Shown: piece after piece, positions 11,135 through 25,040 of the stretch
Layout of the letters: each line of letters opens with the position of its first letter
Position numbering within the stretch: the stretch's first letter is position 1
NCBI GenBank assembly: GCA_002269645.1
Contig: NIVC01001992.1
Location: forward strand, 124,001 to 188,000
Length of the DNA: 64,000 bases
Direction of reading: 5' to 3'
From: Macrostomum lignano
Lineage: Eukaryota
Position numbers and translations under genes: made by a program
Notes under the pieces: model-generated
What the model was told of the DNA's origin: nothing
The model's input: the letters and a program-made list of their open reading frames with translations, nothing else
Database searches by the model: none

Positions 11135-14100
11135 TCAGCAGGGTGCATCATCGTCGCCTTCGCTGTCGCCTCTTCGCCGACTTGCCGAACCCGACGGCCG
11201 GCCTGTGTCCAAGCCTCTCGTGCTGCACAGGAACAGGCAGATGGCGTCAAGCGACTCCAGCAGGGTCACCAGCGAGGCGCCGAGCAGCAGGCCGAGGGCT
11301 CCGCCTGCATCGGCGAGGAACTGGCTGAGGGGGTAGAGCCACACCTCCAGCCGCTGCTGGCTCAGCAGGCTCGATGGCCGGACCTCCAGCATGCCGGTGT
11401 GCCGCTGAATCACCTGCCAGGTGGGGGCCGGTTTCGGAAGGGTTTTGGGTTTCGTATTTTGTGTTCAAGTTCCGGTTTCGGGTTCCGGTTTCGGGTTCCG
11501 GTTTCGGGTTCCGGTTTCGGGTTCCGGTTTCGGGTTCCGGTTTCGGGTTCCGGTTTCGGGTTCCGGTTTCGGGTTCCGGTTTCGGGTTCCGGTTTCGGGT
11601 TCCGGTTTCGGGTTCCGGTTTCGGGTTCCGGTTTCGGGTTCCGGTTTCGGGTTCCGGTTTCGGGTTCCGGTTTCGGGTTCCGGTTTCGGGTTCCGGTTTC
11701 GGGTTCCGGTTTCGGGTTCCGGTTTCGGGTTCCGGTTTCGGGTTCCGGTTTCGGGTTCCGGTTTCGGGTTCCGGTTTCGGGTTCCGGTTTCGGGTTCCGG
11801 TTTCGGGTTCCGGTTTCGGGTTCCGGTTTCGGGTTCCGGTTTCGGGTTCCGGTTTCGGGTTCCGGTTTCGGGTTCCGGTTTCGGGTTCCGGTTTCGGGTT
11901 CCGGTTTCGGGTTCCGGTTTCGGGTTCCGGTTTCGGGTTCCGGTTTCGGGTTCCGGTTTCGGGTTCCGGTTTCGGGTTCCGGTTTCGGGTTCCGGTTTCG
12001 GGTTCCGGTTTCGGGTTCCGGTTTCGGGTTCCGGTTTCGGGTTCCGGTTTCGGGTTCCGGTTTCGGGTTCCGGTTTCGGGTTCCGGTTTCGGGTTCCGGT
12101 TTCGGGTTCCGGTTTCGGGTTCCGGTTTCGGGTTCCGGTTTCGGGTTCCGGTTTCGGGTTCCGGTTTCGGGTTCCGGTTTCGGGTTCCGGTTTCGGGTTC
12201 CGGTTTCGGGTTCCGGTTTCGGGTTCCGGTTTCGGGTTCCGGTTTCGGGTTCCGGTTTCGGGTTCCGGTTTCGGGTTCCGGTTTCGGGTTCCGGTTTCGG
12301 GTTCCGGTTTCGGGTTCCGGTTTCGGGTTCCGGTTTCGGGTTCCGGTTTCGGGTTCCGGTTTCGGGTTCCGGTTTCGGGTTCCGGTTTCGGGTTCCGGTT
12401 TCGGGTTCCGGTTTCGGGTTCCGGTTTCGGGTTCCGGTTTCGGGTTCCGGTTTCGGGTTCCGGTTTCGGGTTCCGGTTTCGGGTTCCGGTTTCGGGTTCC
12501 GGTTTCGGGTTCCGGTTTCGGGTTCCGGTTTCGGGTTCCGGTTTCGGGTTCCGGTTTCGGGTTCCGGTTTCGGGTTCCGGTTTCGGGTTCCGGTTTCGGG
12601 TTCCGGTTTCGGGTTCCGGTTTCGGGTTCCGGTTTCGGGTTCCGGTTTCGGGTTCCGGTTTCGGGTTCCGGTTTCGGGTTCCGGTTTCGGGTTCCGGTTT
12701 CGGGTTCCGGTTTCGGGTTCCGGTTTCGGGTTCCGGTTTCGGGTTCCGGTTTCGGGTTCCGGTTTCGGGTTCCGGTTTCGGGTTCCGGTTTCGGGTTCCG
12801 GTTTCGGGTTCCGGTTTCGGGTTACCTGATAGGCGTGGATGCTGAACTCCACCTGCTGCATCCGGCGCAGGTAGTCCTGCACCGGCAGGCTGACATTCCG
12901 TCTGGCCGCTTCGGGCCCGGACACGGACTCCCGGTACAGTCGCATGTTCCTGGCAATGTAGCCGGCCTGCAGGGTGTCCGTGGACCTCAACCACGGCCCG
13001 GAGTCGGCGCTGGCCGAGTACTCGGTGCTCACCGGGTCCGCCGGCGCCCTGGCCAGCTCAGCGGCGTCCAGCCGCACCGGCGGCCTTCGCAGAAAGCAGC
13101 CGGCGGCCCGCTTGAACGAGGCGTAGCCTGCGGTGTCCTCGATCCAGCGCATCTCGCCGCCCGGCGCCCTCACGTACAGGTATTTGCCCAGGTGGCTGAC
13201 TGTCCGGGGATCGAACAGCAGCAGGATCGGCTCCCGGATGCCCACGCAGGGCGGCAGGCCGGCCTGGGCGGCGGTCACCGGCAGGGCGTCGCTGAGACAG
13301 CCGCAGTCAGCCAGGAGGTCGGTCTGGCGAACGCCCAGCAGACGGTCGGCCCTCCGGCTGGCGTAGCGTCGGCACCAGCGGCTCTGGCCGCCGAAGCAGT
13401 ACACGGCGCTTGATGAGCCGTTGGACGACGCAAAAATATTGTCGCCGTCCAAGCCGGAGCGCCACACTTGGCGCATGCCGACCCGCAGGCTGGTCACCCT
13501 GCCGCTGGTCACGTGAGCCACCCGGTCGAATGTTGGCCAGGACATGGGCGGGTGCAGCGTCACAGAGTAGCTGTGCCGGTGAGTCATGCTCGACTGCGGG
13601 TGGGTCAGAGTGCGGGTCAGAGTGCGGGTCAGAGTGTGGGTCAGAGTGTGGGTCGAGTGTGGGTCGAGTGTGGGTCGAGTATGGATCAGAGTATTGGTCA
13701 GAGTGGGTCAGGGTGTGGGTCAGAGTGCGGGTCAGGGTGCGGGTCAGAGTGTGGGTCAGAGTGTGGGTCAGAGTGCGGGTCAGGGTGCGGGTCAGAGTGT
13801 GGGTCAGAGTGTGGGTCAGAGTGTGGGTCAGAGTGTGGGTCAGAGTGTGGGTCAGAGTGTGGGTCAGAGTGCGGGTCAGGGTGCGGGTCAGAGTGTGGGT
13901 CAGAGTGTGGGTCAGAGTGTGGGTCAGGGTGTGGGTCAGAGTGCGGGTCAGAGTGTGGTCAGAATGTGGGTCAGAGTGTGGTCAGGGTGTGGGTCAGAGT
14001 GTGGGTCAGATTGCAGGGCTAGAGTCCTGTCAACCTCTTATCATAGAACTGACTCATTATCCATAGAGCTGTCAGACGGTAGTCAGTCTGTTCAGAATTC

Positions 14101-17100
14101 AACCAATGTAATTTGATTTCAAATAGGACCCTATGGCTGCAGACACTTTGACGTCAACCGCTGGATCCATTTTGCCTTGTCATTTTTTGGCTTAAGGATT
14201 AAAATCTACAAACAAGCAGAGCTCTGTAAGATTATGCATACGAGCGTATATTTGTCAGTATTGAGTCGGATTACCTTTTAAAAACTCATTCCAAGTGAAA
14301 ATTGCTTTTTATACTGGATAGAATGAAAGCACAATAAATCAGCTGGCAACAGTTGAAATTAACGGGAGATTCGGGTGGTTGCCCTTTTCTACAAGATTGA
14401 TCCTTTTGACAAACATTTGGCGCCACTACGAGTGTGCGGCTCGTAGAGTAGCTGAGTACATTCTGGCGCTAATTGAGAGTCACTGAGGATATTCTGGCGC
14501 TAATTGAGAGTCACTGAGGACATTTTGGCGCCTATTGAGAGTCACTGAAGACATTTTGGCGCCTATTGAGAGTCACTGAGGATATTTTGGCGTCTATTAA
14601 GAGTCACTGAGGACATTTTGGCGCCAATTGAGAGTCACTGAGGATATTTTGGCGTCTATTAAGAGTCACTGAGGACATTTTGGCGCCAATTGAGAGTCAC
14701 TGAGGATATTCTGGCGCTAATTGAGAGTCACTGAGGATATTCTGGCGCTAATTGAGAGTCACTGAGGACATTTTGGCGCCTATTGAGAGTCACTGAAGAC
14801 ATTTTGGCGCCTATTGAGAGTCACTGAGGATATTTTGGCGTCTATTAAGAGTCACTGAGGACATTTTGGCGCCAATTGAGAGTCACTGAGGATATTTTGG
14901 CGTCTATTAAGAGTCACTGAGGACATTTTGGCGCCAATTGAGAGTCACTGAGGATATTTTGGCGTCTATTAAGAGTCACTGAGGACATTTTGGCGCCAAT
15001 TGAGAGTCACTGAGGATATTCTGGCGCCAATTGAGAGTCACTGAAGACATTTTGGCGCCAATTGAGAGTCACTGAGGATATTTTGGCGCCAATTGAGAGT
15101 CACTGAGGATATTTTGGCGTCTATTAAGAGTCACTGAGGACATTTTGGCGCCAATTGAGAGTCACTGAGGATATTCTGGCGCCAATTGAGAGTCACTGAA
15201 GACATTTTGGCGCCAATTGAGAGTCACTGAGGATATTCTGGCGCTAATTGAGAGTCACTGAAGATATTTTGGCGCCTATTGAGAGTCACTGAGGACATTT
15301 TGGCGCCTATTAAGAGTCACTTAGGATATTTTGGCGCCTATTGAGAGCCACTGAGGATATTTTGGGGCCATTTGAGAGTCACTGAGGATATTTTGGCGCC
15401 TATTGAGAGTGAGAGTCACTTAGGATATTTTGGCGCCTATTGAGAGCCACTGAGGATATTTTGGCGCCATTTGAGAGTCCCTGAGGACATTTTGGCGCCA
15501 ATTGAGAGTCACTGAAGACATTTTGGCGCCAATTGAGAGTCACTGAGGATATTTTAGCGTCTATTAAGAGTCACTGAGGACATTTTGGCGCCTATTGAGA
15601 GTCACTGAAGACATTTTGGCGCCTATTGAGAGTCACTGAGGATATTTTGGCGCCTATTGAGAGTCACTGAGGATATTTTGGCGCCTATTGAGAGTCACTG
15701 AGAACATTTTGGCGCCAACTGAGAGTCACTGAGAACATTTTGGTGCCATTTGAGAGTCACTGAGGACATTTTTGCGCCAATTGAGAGTCACTGAGAACAT
15801 TTTGGCGCCAATTGAGAGTCACTGAGAACATTTTGGCGCCAATTGAGAGTCACTGAGAACATTTTGGCGCCAATTGAGAGTCACTGAGGACATTTTGGCG
15901 CCTATTGAGAGTCACTGAGAACATTTTGGTGCCAATTGAGAGTCACTGTGGACATTTTGGCGCCTATTGAGAGTCACTGAGGATATTTTGGCGCCTATTG
16001 AGAGTCACTGTGGACATTTTGTTGGCACCACGGGGGTCTATTTTTAACTAAGACCTAATACGCAGCTAATGAAAGCTAATGATAATGAGGGATGGCAATG
16101 CTCGCACCTGCGGATCGGCCGTGAGCAGCCAGTCCCTGGGGCTGAGGGTGTGCAGCTGCATCACCAGGCCCGGTGTCTCGTGGTCCAGCGGCACGGGCTG
16201 AACGATCCTAGTAGGCGGATGAAAAGTGGCGCACGAGCCGTGGGCGGGGTGGAAGAACACGGAGAACTGGTCCATGGAGCACAGCTGGCCCTGGTAGCTG
16301 CAGTAGGCTATCATGTCCAGCGGGCTGAGCACCGCGCTCGAGTTGATGTAGTGCCGGAAGATGCTCTGCAGAGCCAGCCGGGACGCGTACTCGCGCTGAG
16401 CCTGCGACAGCCCCAGGTGCGACATGTTGCCGTACAGCACGTAGCGCCACAGGGCGGGCGCAGAGTTGATCAGCACGTCGTAGCCAAACGTCCGATTGCT
16501 GTCGGGGAAGACGTCCGGCTTACCGACGTCGCGACGAAAGAATGCGCTTGGCGGACAGACGGTCACGTCGGGGAAGACAAACGGCCGAGCCCGACCTCTG
16601 GCCAGGACAGTGTGGCCGGCGTTGAAGGCTTCGAGCAGGCGCCAGAAATGAAAGCCGCTGACTGCTGAGCAGAGCACGAAGGCCACAACCCACAGAGATT
16701 TGACTGGCGGCGAGCGGTGCAGGAATTTCAGGGAGAACGGAGTCAGCACCAGCCTGTGGTAGGTGACTGAGACTTTCCTGCGGCAGTGCTGCTGCTGACG
16801 CTGTGGCTGCTGCTGCTGATGTTGATGTTGCTGCTGATGCTGCTGCTGCGGAGGCTGGCTTTGCTGTTGCTGGCGTTGGCGCTGATTGCGGGAGGGTGTC
16901 GTCGCCGCCTCGGCTGCCGCAGCCGCTGCCGCCGCCGCAGCAGCCGCAGCGGCCGACCTGGGCATCGTCAGCGTCAGGGGCAGCCTCGGGGGCGGCGGCG
17001 GCGGCGGCGGCGGCCCAGAAGACGACGACGGAGCCTTCCTGGGTATGGTGGAAAAGGTGCCTTCGTCAGATTCGTCGAAGTCGAAGCTGTAGCGGCCCAG

Positions 17101-17139
17101 CATGGAGGCCAGGTCCGTGGGCGGGCCGTGCTCGTCCAT
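11135..17139 (-). CDS. DEG/ENaC (ASIC/degenerin) family channel, about 692 aa; exons 17139-16108, 13593-12826, 11413-11135
   Basis: TM1 ([21 protein letters not shown]), post-TM1 [16 protein letters not shown]...HGSCATF, and TM2 [23 protein letters not shown] with the GAS filter. Splice sites CAG|GTGCGA (16108), CCCGCAG|TCG (13593), CAG|GTAACC (12826), GGCAG|GTG (11413) are all phase 0. A further G|GTAAGT donor at 17486/17485 suggests a 5' UTR exon. Confidence 0.9.
11470..12822. repeat. Essentially perfect 12-bp minisatellite (GGTTCCGGTTTC), about 112 copies, filling intron 2 of the DEG/ENaC gene
   Basis: Seen directly; source of the spurious [12 protein letters not shown] / [12 protein letters not shown] ORFs. 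Confidence 0.98.
13600..14010. repeat. 12-bp minisatellite GGGTCAGAGTGY abutting the exon 2 acceptor of the DEG/ENaC gene
   Basis: Seen directly. Confidence 0.95.
14455..16022. repeat. 32-bp minisatellite TTTTGGCGCCAATTGAGAGTCACTGAGGACAT, about 49 copies, in DEG/ENaC intron 1
   Basis: Seen directly. Confidence 0.97.
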
Positions 17140-18211
17140 TGTTCGTTCAATTGAAGCCGACTTGAGCCGCCAAACTGACTGGCTTGTTTATCATTCCAGC
17201 TGTCGAATGGCAAGTTCAAGACTCTCAGAAGAGCGAGTGACTTTTTGCTTGCTCTTTAAATTTGCAGATGAGGAGAGAGGAGTCTGGGAAGGCAAAAGGG
17301 GATGGGGTTGCTGATGGAACTGTCCCGGCAGGGGCGGCAGCTTCCACCATTGCTGCTCCTAGCAGGGCAGCCGGCCGGGCCAATAGGGAGACAAAACAGA
17401 TGAGAGAAGAAAAAGTGGAACAAACTGGAGGGAGCGAGGAAGGGAAACACAGAGTGCTGGAAAGTCATTGGGAAAGTTGACTTACCCGCTGAAGAAGACA
17501 ATGAATGCTGCTCAGGCTGGGCAGGCGTTCAGAGCTGCCTCATGAGGATGGGGGATTTGTCCAGACATGCAGAAACATGGCGCCTGCGCTCTGTAGAGAA
17601 AGAGAGAGTGGGGACGGCCCGGTGAGAAGCAAGTCGGCTCATTAGCTTATGAAGAATGCAGCTGAGAGGGCGTCATCACTTTCTGCCAGTAGTGATTCTG
17701 CAGCTCTGCCGAACTGAATAGAAAGTCCGTCTCGCACCTGCCTACCCGCTCTGCCAGTCTGTTCCCGCCTGTGAAATTCGATATTCCCTCCCCCTCTTGT
17801 CAGCGGCCTGTTCATCCGGCCAGCAATTATCGGGCAAAAACGTGTTGGCAACCGATATTGCCTAAAAGAGGGAGGAGGCGCGATCGTTCAATTGGTTCTT
17901 GAGACCGCCTGCCTCAATCGATCAATATGAGATATGCCAAACAGTGCGCAGTACCTTGGCAGGTGCAATTCATTGCACTGTCAATCACCGTTACAGGAAT
18001 GGAAGGGAGATGGCATCAGTTAAGGCGCCCCGTTAATTTGGATAGCAGGCCACCTGCTGGGATCATGACAGCAATGAAGAAAGGAGGCCTGGGACTAACA
18101 GTGCATTGAATGCGGCTGCTCTTGTGAGGGCGGTTTTGCCAATTTTAATGCTAAATTATGAAAAATTCTAATAAATAATTCTCGCTGCAGTAAAGTTCTA
18201 ATAGCTGGCTA

Positions 18212-19139
<928 letters not shown>

Positions 19140-20829
19140 GCAAGTGTCAAAGTCCTAAACAACTACAAAAGCAAAGTCTGCACAGTCTGCTTGAGTCTGT
19201 CCCCGCAAATCAATCGCCCAGCTCCCAACAGATCCAAGCCCATGATGAAGCAGAGCCAGCAGCAGGGCAGCGCTGGGCAAGTGGAACACACGCACACCAG
19301 CGGCTGCCACACGCGATTCGGCCAGAATCTGCTGTCACGCCAACAGCGAGGGACCCTGTAATCAATTTCTGTGCCCGATTCCGTACTAACCTGATTTGCT
19401 ATGGTCGCTATGATATCTCTGCATTCTCTAGATATTATCTACCCCAGCTCACAGCTGTCAATCTCCATCTTATTTGCCATCCGACTATCAATGCGGAACT
19501 AATTATTGCATGTAGAGAGTTGAATTGTTACCATGGATGAACCATAATACCAACGCTAACCGTCGCTAAACTAGTAGTCCATGGTGTCTATATGGCACTG
19601 TACACTGCACTGTTCAAGTGTAGTCCATGAAATCTACGTGGCGCTGTTCACTGTACACAGTTCACATTAGTAGTCCATGAACCGTGTCAAGAAGGCTTGG
19701 CAGTCAAGTCAAACGTAAACTCTTCAACTTTTACAGAACTCTGCTAGCTGGATTCGCTTGGTTTCGCTCAACTCGCTTAAATACGGGCTAAGATGAGAAG
19801 AACTTGGGAATGGGAAGATGGAGAGGAAAGGGGGACTTGAAAAACTAGTACATGCACTCAAGGAGGCTGTGGGTGACACCGTCCCACACTTCAAAGACTT
19901 CAAAGCTGAACTCCAACGAAATTGTCACAAATTGCTGTTCTATTACTGTCACTGATTGCTGTCATGGACTACTAAATAATAATGGGACTATGGTCATGGA
20001 CAACTGAAGCAGAAGGCCGCAGCATTCGATTTGTCTATGGTGAAACCCCAAGAAATCTGAGTTGCCCATGACAATGGTATGTCAGACATGCAGTCTATGG
20101 CCAAATCCCATTTGGTTTTCCGCCTTCAAGGCGGAGGCAAATAAATGAAAGCATGGCGTGACAGACTCACGGCCGGGGGCAAGGTGGGGAGGGGATTATA
20201 AATTCATATCTGTCTTGTCTAGGCCGCCTGGAAACCGAGAATTATAACCCCAGCCCCATCTGCACTTTTTCCCACAGTCCAGGCCATACAATATTATCCT
20301 AGCCAGCTATACAGCGGCGAATAGCTGCAGATCCCTCAGCAAAACTGTTTCGGGATCATCTCTTCAACCGCCTGCTAGCTCGTTTAGCCACCTCCTCTCG
20401 TTGGTGGTCCATGAATTCGCTTAATTCCCCACCCAACAGTTGCATCCGCCACGGTCTGGTTCCGCCCTCTCGCTGCCTGCCCGGCCCTTCACTGGCTCTT
20501 TCTTTTAATCTGGCTCCGGGATCTTTCTTTGCCTCTTTGCATTGTTGAAGATGCAAGCCTGCAGGCTCGAGTCTTAAGCCGCTGGCCGATCCGCATGAGT
20601 CTTGGGCTTCGCTCGCAACCGCCCCCCCCCCCCATATTTCTGTCTTTCAGTCTTCTCTTTGCTCAATCAGACAGTCGGTCAGCAAAGCTCGAAGACCTCG
20701 TTTGCATAGGGGAAGTTTGCCCGACTTCGCTGAAAGCAGCAATTTTTTTAGACTGACAAATGCTGAATCCGAGGTTTGCAAATGGTGAGCGGGCAGCTTT
20801 GTAAGGTAAAGGCGGTAGGACAGAGACCT

Positions 20830-21585
20830 GTAGTTTATGACTGTCAGAGATCTGCAGTTTATGACTGTCAGAGATCTGCAGTTTTATGAGTGTCAGAGAT
20901 CTGCAGTTTATGACTGTCAGAGATCTGCAGTTTATGACTGTCAGAGATCTGCAGTTTTATGAGTGTCAGAGATCTGCAGTTTATGACTGTCAGAGATCTG
21001 CAGTTTATGACTGTCACAATCTGTAGTTTATGACTGTCACAATCTGTAGTTTATGACTGTCACAATCTGTAGTTTATGACTGTCACAATCTGTAGTTTAT
21101 GACTGTCACAATCTGTAGTTTATGACTGTCACAATCTTTAGTTTATGACTGCCACAATCTGTAGTTTATGACTGTCACAATCTGTAGTTTATGACTGTCA
21201 CAATCTGTAGTTTATGACTGTCACAATCTTTAGTTTATGACTGCCACAATCTGTAGTTTATGACTGCCACAATCTTTAGTTTATGACTGTCACAATCTGT
21301 AGTTTATGACTGTCACAATCTGTAGTTTATGACTGTCACAATCTGTAGTTTATGACTGTCACAATCTGTAGTTTGACTGTCACAATCTGTAGTTTATGAC
21401 TGTCACAATCTGTAGTTTATGACTGTCACAATCTGTAGTTTATGACTGCCACAATCTGTAGTTTATGACTGTCACAATCTGTAGTTTGACTGTCACAATC
21501 TGTAGTTTGACTGTCACAATCTGTAGTTTATGACTGTCACAATCTGTAGTTTGACTATCACAATCTGTAGTTTATGACTGCCGGA
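20830..21585. repeat. Minisatellite switching from 24-bp GACTGTCAGAGATCTGCAGTTTAT to 23-bp GACTGTCACAATCTGTAGTTTAT
   Basis: Seen directly; switch near 21010. Confidence 0.95.
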
Positions 21586-22059
21586 ATCTGAATTGCCATC
21601 TCGAGTTTAGTCCAGGGCATTTTAGCAGTTCGAACTCAAGTGATAATGTGTAAACTCACTTATAAAAATGAATCAATAATAAAAATGAAAAACGTCAAGT
21701 AAAAAACAATAAAAACACCCAAGTGCACCGGAATCATTGGACAATCCACTGCAATATTGGTATTCGAGAAGAGGTAATGAGAAGAGCCAAGCCTATGCAA
21801 ATGCTTGGATCTGGCCAAGAAAGGAAATAAATCTTTTTCTCCTTCATCTTGGAATGCATTTTCTCTTCAGCTGAATCCGGGAGTAGATTGGAGATTAGGC
21901 GGCCTAACACTCTGTTTTAGCCCGCTAAGACTCATAATTTACAATGCTGCAAATCTCTTTGCATTGGAAATTGGACTCGAGTGATGGATACAGAAATCTC
22001 AGTGCGCACTGCATGGCTGCCAATGTTGATTAGGAGTCAGATTTGCGGGGCATTTTACA

Positions 22060-22285
22060 TCCGTGACGTGAGGGAGATGCCCAATTTACATCCGTGACCC
22101 TATGACGATACCCAATTTACATCCGTGACGCTATGACGATACCCAATTTACATCCGTGACGCTATGACGATACCCAATTTACATCCGTGACGCTATGACG
22201 ATACCCAATTTACATCCGTGACGCTTTGACGATACCCAATTTACATCCGTGACGCTATAAAGATACCCAATTTACATCCGTAATA
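22060..22285. repeat. 31-bp minisatellite TACCCAATTTACATCCGTGACGCTATGACGA, about 7 copies
   Basis: Seen directly. Confidence 0.93.
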
Positions 22286-22704
22286 CTGTGATATTTCGAA
22301 GCAACCCAACTCAAAAAGTAAGTCCTATCAGATCAGCCAATGCGTACTTGAGCACGTTTACAAAGACTTCTCTATCTACGACTCGTACAAGCTTCATATT
22401 CAACTCATCTACATGCTACGGAGACCTCAGGCCAAAATGTTTTGAATTATCGCAGGCACTTTAGCCTGCGAAGGTCGAGAAGCAATGAGATCTATCAAGT
22501 TTAGCCAATTCCCCATCAACTAAGTAGCTGAAATGCGACACCAAAACCCCTGGCAAAAAGTTAAAGAAAGTTGATTCTGCCTCAGATCTAAGTTTATCCT
22601 CACAACACTGAATGGACCGTTGATCAAATTTTAACCCGCCTTGCCTAGAGCTGCACATTTTGTAATCGTTCTATCTAACTGAAACTTCATTCACGAAAGG
22701 TAAT

Positions 22705-23490
22705 CACAGATCTGCCAGCAGGACTTCACAGATCTGCCAGCAATAGTTTACAGATCTGTCAGAAATAGTTCACAGATCTGCCAGCAGGATTTCACAGATC
22801 TGCCAGCAATAGTTTACAGATCTGTCAGAAATAGTTCACAGATCTGCCAGCAGGATTTCACAGATCTGCCAGCAATAGTTTACAGATCTGTCAGAAATAG
22901 TTCACAGATCTGCCAGCAGGATTTCACAGATCTGCCAGCAATAGTTTACAGATCTGTCAGAAATAGTTCACAGATCTGCCAGCAGGATTTCACAGATCTG
23001 CCAGCAATAGTTTACAGATCTGTCAGAAATAGTTCACAGATCTGCCAGCAGGATTTCACAGATCTGCCAGCAATAGTTTACAGATCTGCCAGCAGGACTT
23101 CACAGATCTGCCAGCAATAGTTTACAGATCTGTCAGAAATAGTTCACAGATCTGCCAGCAATAGTTCACAGATCTGTCAGAAATAGTTCACAGATCTGCC
23201 AGCAATAGTTCAAAGATCTGTCAGAAATAGTTCACAGATCTGCCAGCAATAGTTCAAAGATCTGTCAGAAATAGTTCACAGATCTGTCAGCAGGAATTCA
23301 CAGATCTGGCTGAAATTGTTCACAGATCTGCCAGCAATAGTTCACAGATCTGTCGGAAATAGTTCACAGATCTGTCAGCGGGAATTCACAGATCTGGCTG
23401 AAATTGTTCACAGATCTGTCAGAAATAGTTAACAGATCTGTCAGCGGGAATTCACAGATCTGTCAGCAGGAATTCACAAATCTGTCAGAA
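22705..23490. repeat. 22-bp minisatellite (CACAGATCTGYCAG...) with 66-bp trimeric higher-order blocks
   Basis: Three variants (CAGGATTT / CAATAGTTT / AAATAGTT) recur in fixed order at about 22740-23100. Confidence 0.93.
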
Positions 23491-24599
23491 AAATTTCAGA
23501 AAGCTTGCAAGCTTCAGCAGTCTCCCTTTTCTTTCTTAAGCCTTTGAATATTCTTCTGGCATAGAGATCAGTGCCTTTGGACTTGGAGCCACACATGGTT
23601 GAATTCACACGGCACATTAATTCTAGGCCACTGAGTCAATAATGCTATAATCTACAAAGTCAATATCAGTGCCAAAAAAGAACTGTTTGCATATCGGGTT
23701 AGCTTTCTTCGAAATCGTGTCCAACAAGCCGTCAAGAATTTGTGACACAACTCAATTATGTTTGGTGAAACTGGCTGAGAAAGAAGGACTTAAATCACGG
23801 AGATTGGTCAGTTTAACCATTCACCGTGGTACCACTTGGCACAGCGTGATCAGCCAAGAGACCGTGAGCACAGAGGCTATGAGCAGTGGTGATTATAGCT
23901 GAAATTTTATAAACAGCCTGAAATGATATGCAATCAGGTTTGTGTGACGTTTCAGTGCGTTAACTTTTCTTTGTCGAGAGTTAGAAACCAATGCAGATGA
24001 CTTTATTGATGATCCTGAATTTGACCATTGGCACAGACACAAGTCAGGGCTTGCTGCCTTCTATTCTAAAAATTACCAGTTTCCCAGCAGAGCCCTACAA
24101 CTAAACTATAATACTACATCTCTGAGCAGACACTCCAAATTTGTCGTCCCGCGTGTGTCCAAGAAAAAAGTTCTGCATTTCACACAGTGGCCACTCCACG
24201 ACCGGGGTGGACATGCTCGAGGCAGCCAGACAACTCTCTGTCCTGCCTATCCAAGCTGCGGGCTGCTCAAGGCATGGAGAGCCTGATCGGTCAAGTGGAG
24301 CAGCATCAGCGGAGGCCCTGACTGACATTGATTGTTTCAGCGCATTGGCGTGTCATCGCAGCCAGAAGCAAATTGACTAACCTGCTACTTGCACCAGCTG
24401 TGCCCGACCACTAAAGTTCACCGGCTCAATAACTTGATGCGACAGCGTTGGCAATGGATCAATTTCTCCTCTAAGCCTAACTTTAAAGTCTAAATTTATA
24501 TTGATTGTTTGATAGTCAACTACCTGAAAAAAACCTTTTCCAAGATATCAAATAGCTATCTTAAAGTCGAAAAAGCGTCCTTAAAAATAGTCCATCACA

Positions 24600-25040
24600 T
24601 CAAAAGCTCATCTCTAGAAGTAGTCAACCACATCAAAATCTCTAATCTAGAAGTAGTCAATCACATCAAAATCTCTAATCTAGAAGTAGTCAATCACATC
24701 AAAATCTCTCATCTAGAAGTAGTCAATCACATCAAAATCTCTAATCTAGAGGTAGTCGATTGCATCAAAATCTCTCATCTAGAAGTAGTCAATCACATCC
24801 ATTTCTCCTCTACTTGGCTCTACCATCTCTCTACTAAAAATGGTCTTCAAAATCTCATCTCTAGAAGTAGTCAACCACATCAAAATCTCATCGCTAGAAG
24901 TATTCAATCACATCAAAATCTCTAATCTAGAAGTAGTCGATCGCATCAAAATCTCATCGCTAGAAGTTGTCGATCGCATCAAAATCTCATCGCTAGAAGT
25001 TGTCGATCGCATCAAAATCTCATCGCTAGAAGTTGTCGCT
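24600..25040. repeat. 33-bp minisatellite CTAGAAGTAGTCAATCACATCAAAATCTCTCAT in two blocks
   Basis: Seen directly; in-frame period gives spurious LEVVNHIKISN ORFs. Confidence 0.92.

Noticed and set aside
11027-13413. Long plus-strand ORFs (474-679 aa) and the minus-strand [12 protein letters not shown] repeat ORFs
   Set aside because: Translations of the stop-free 12-bp intronic satellite or antisense shadows of the channel exons.
14455-16022. CRISPR-like appearance of the 31-33-bp arrays
   Set aside because: Units are head-to-tail with no unique spacers, there are no cas genes, and the context is eukaryotic.
20671-20785. Possible internal exon (good acceptor, GTGAGC donor, one open frame)
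   Set aside because: No recognisable protein and no partner exons that join convincingly.
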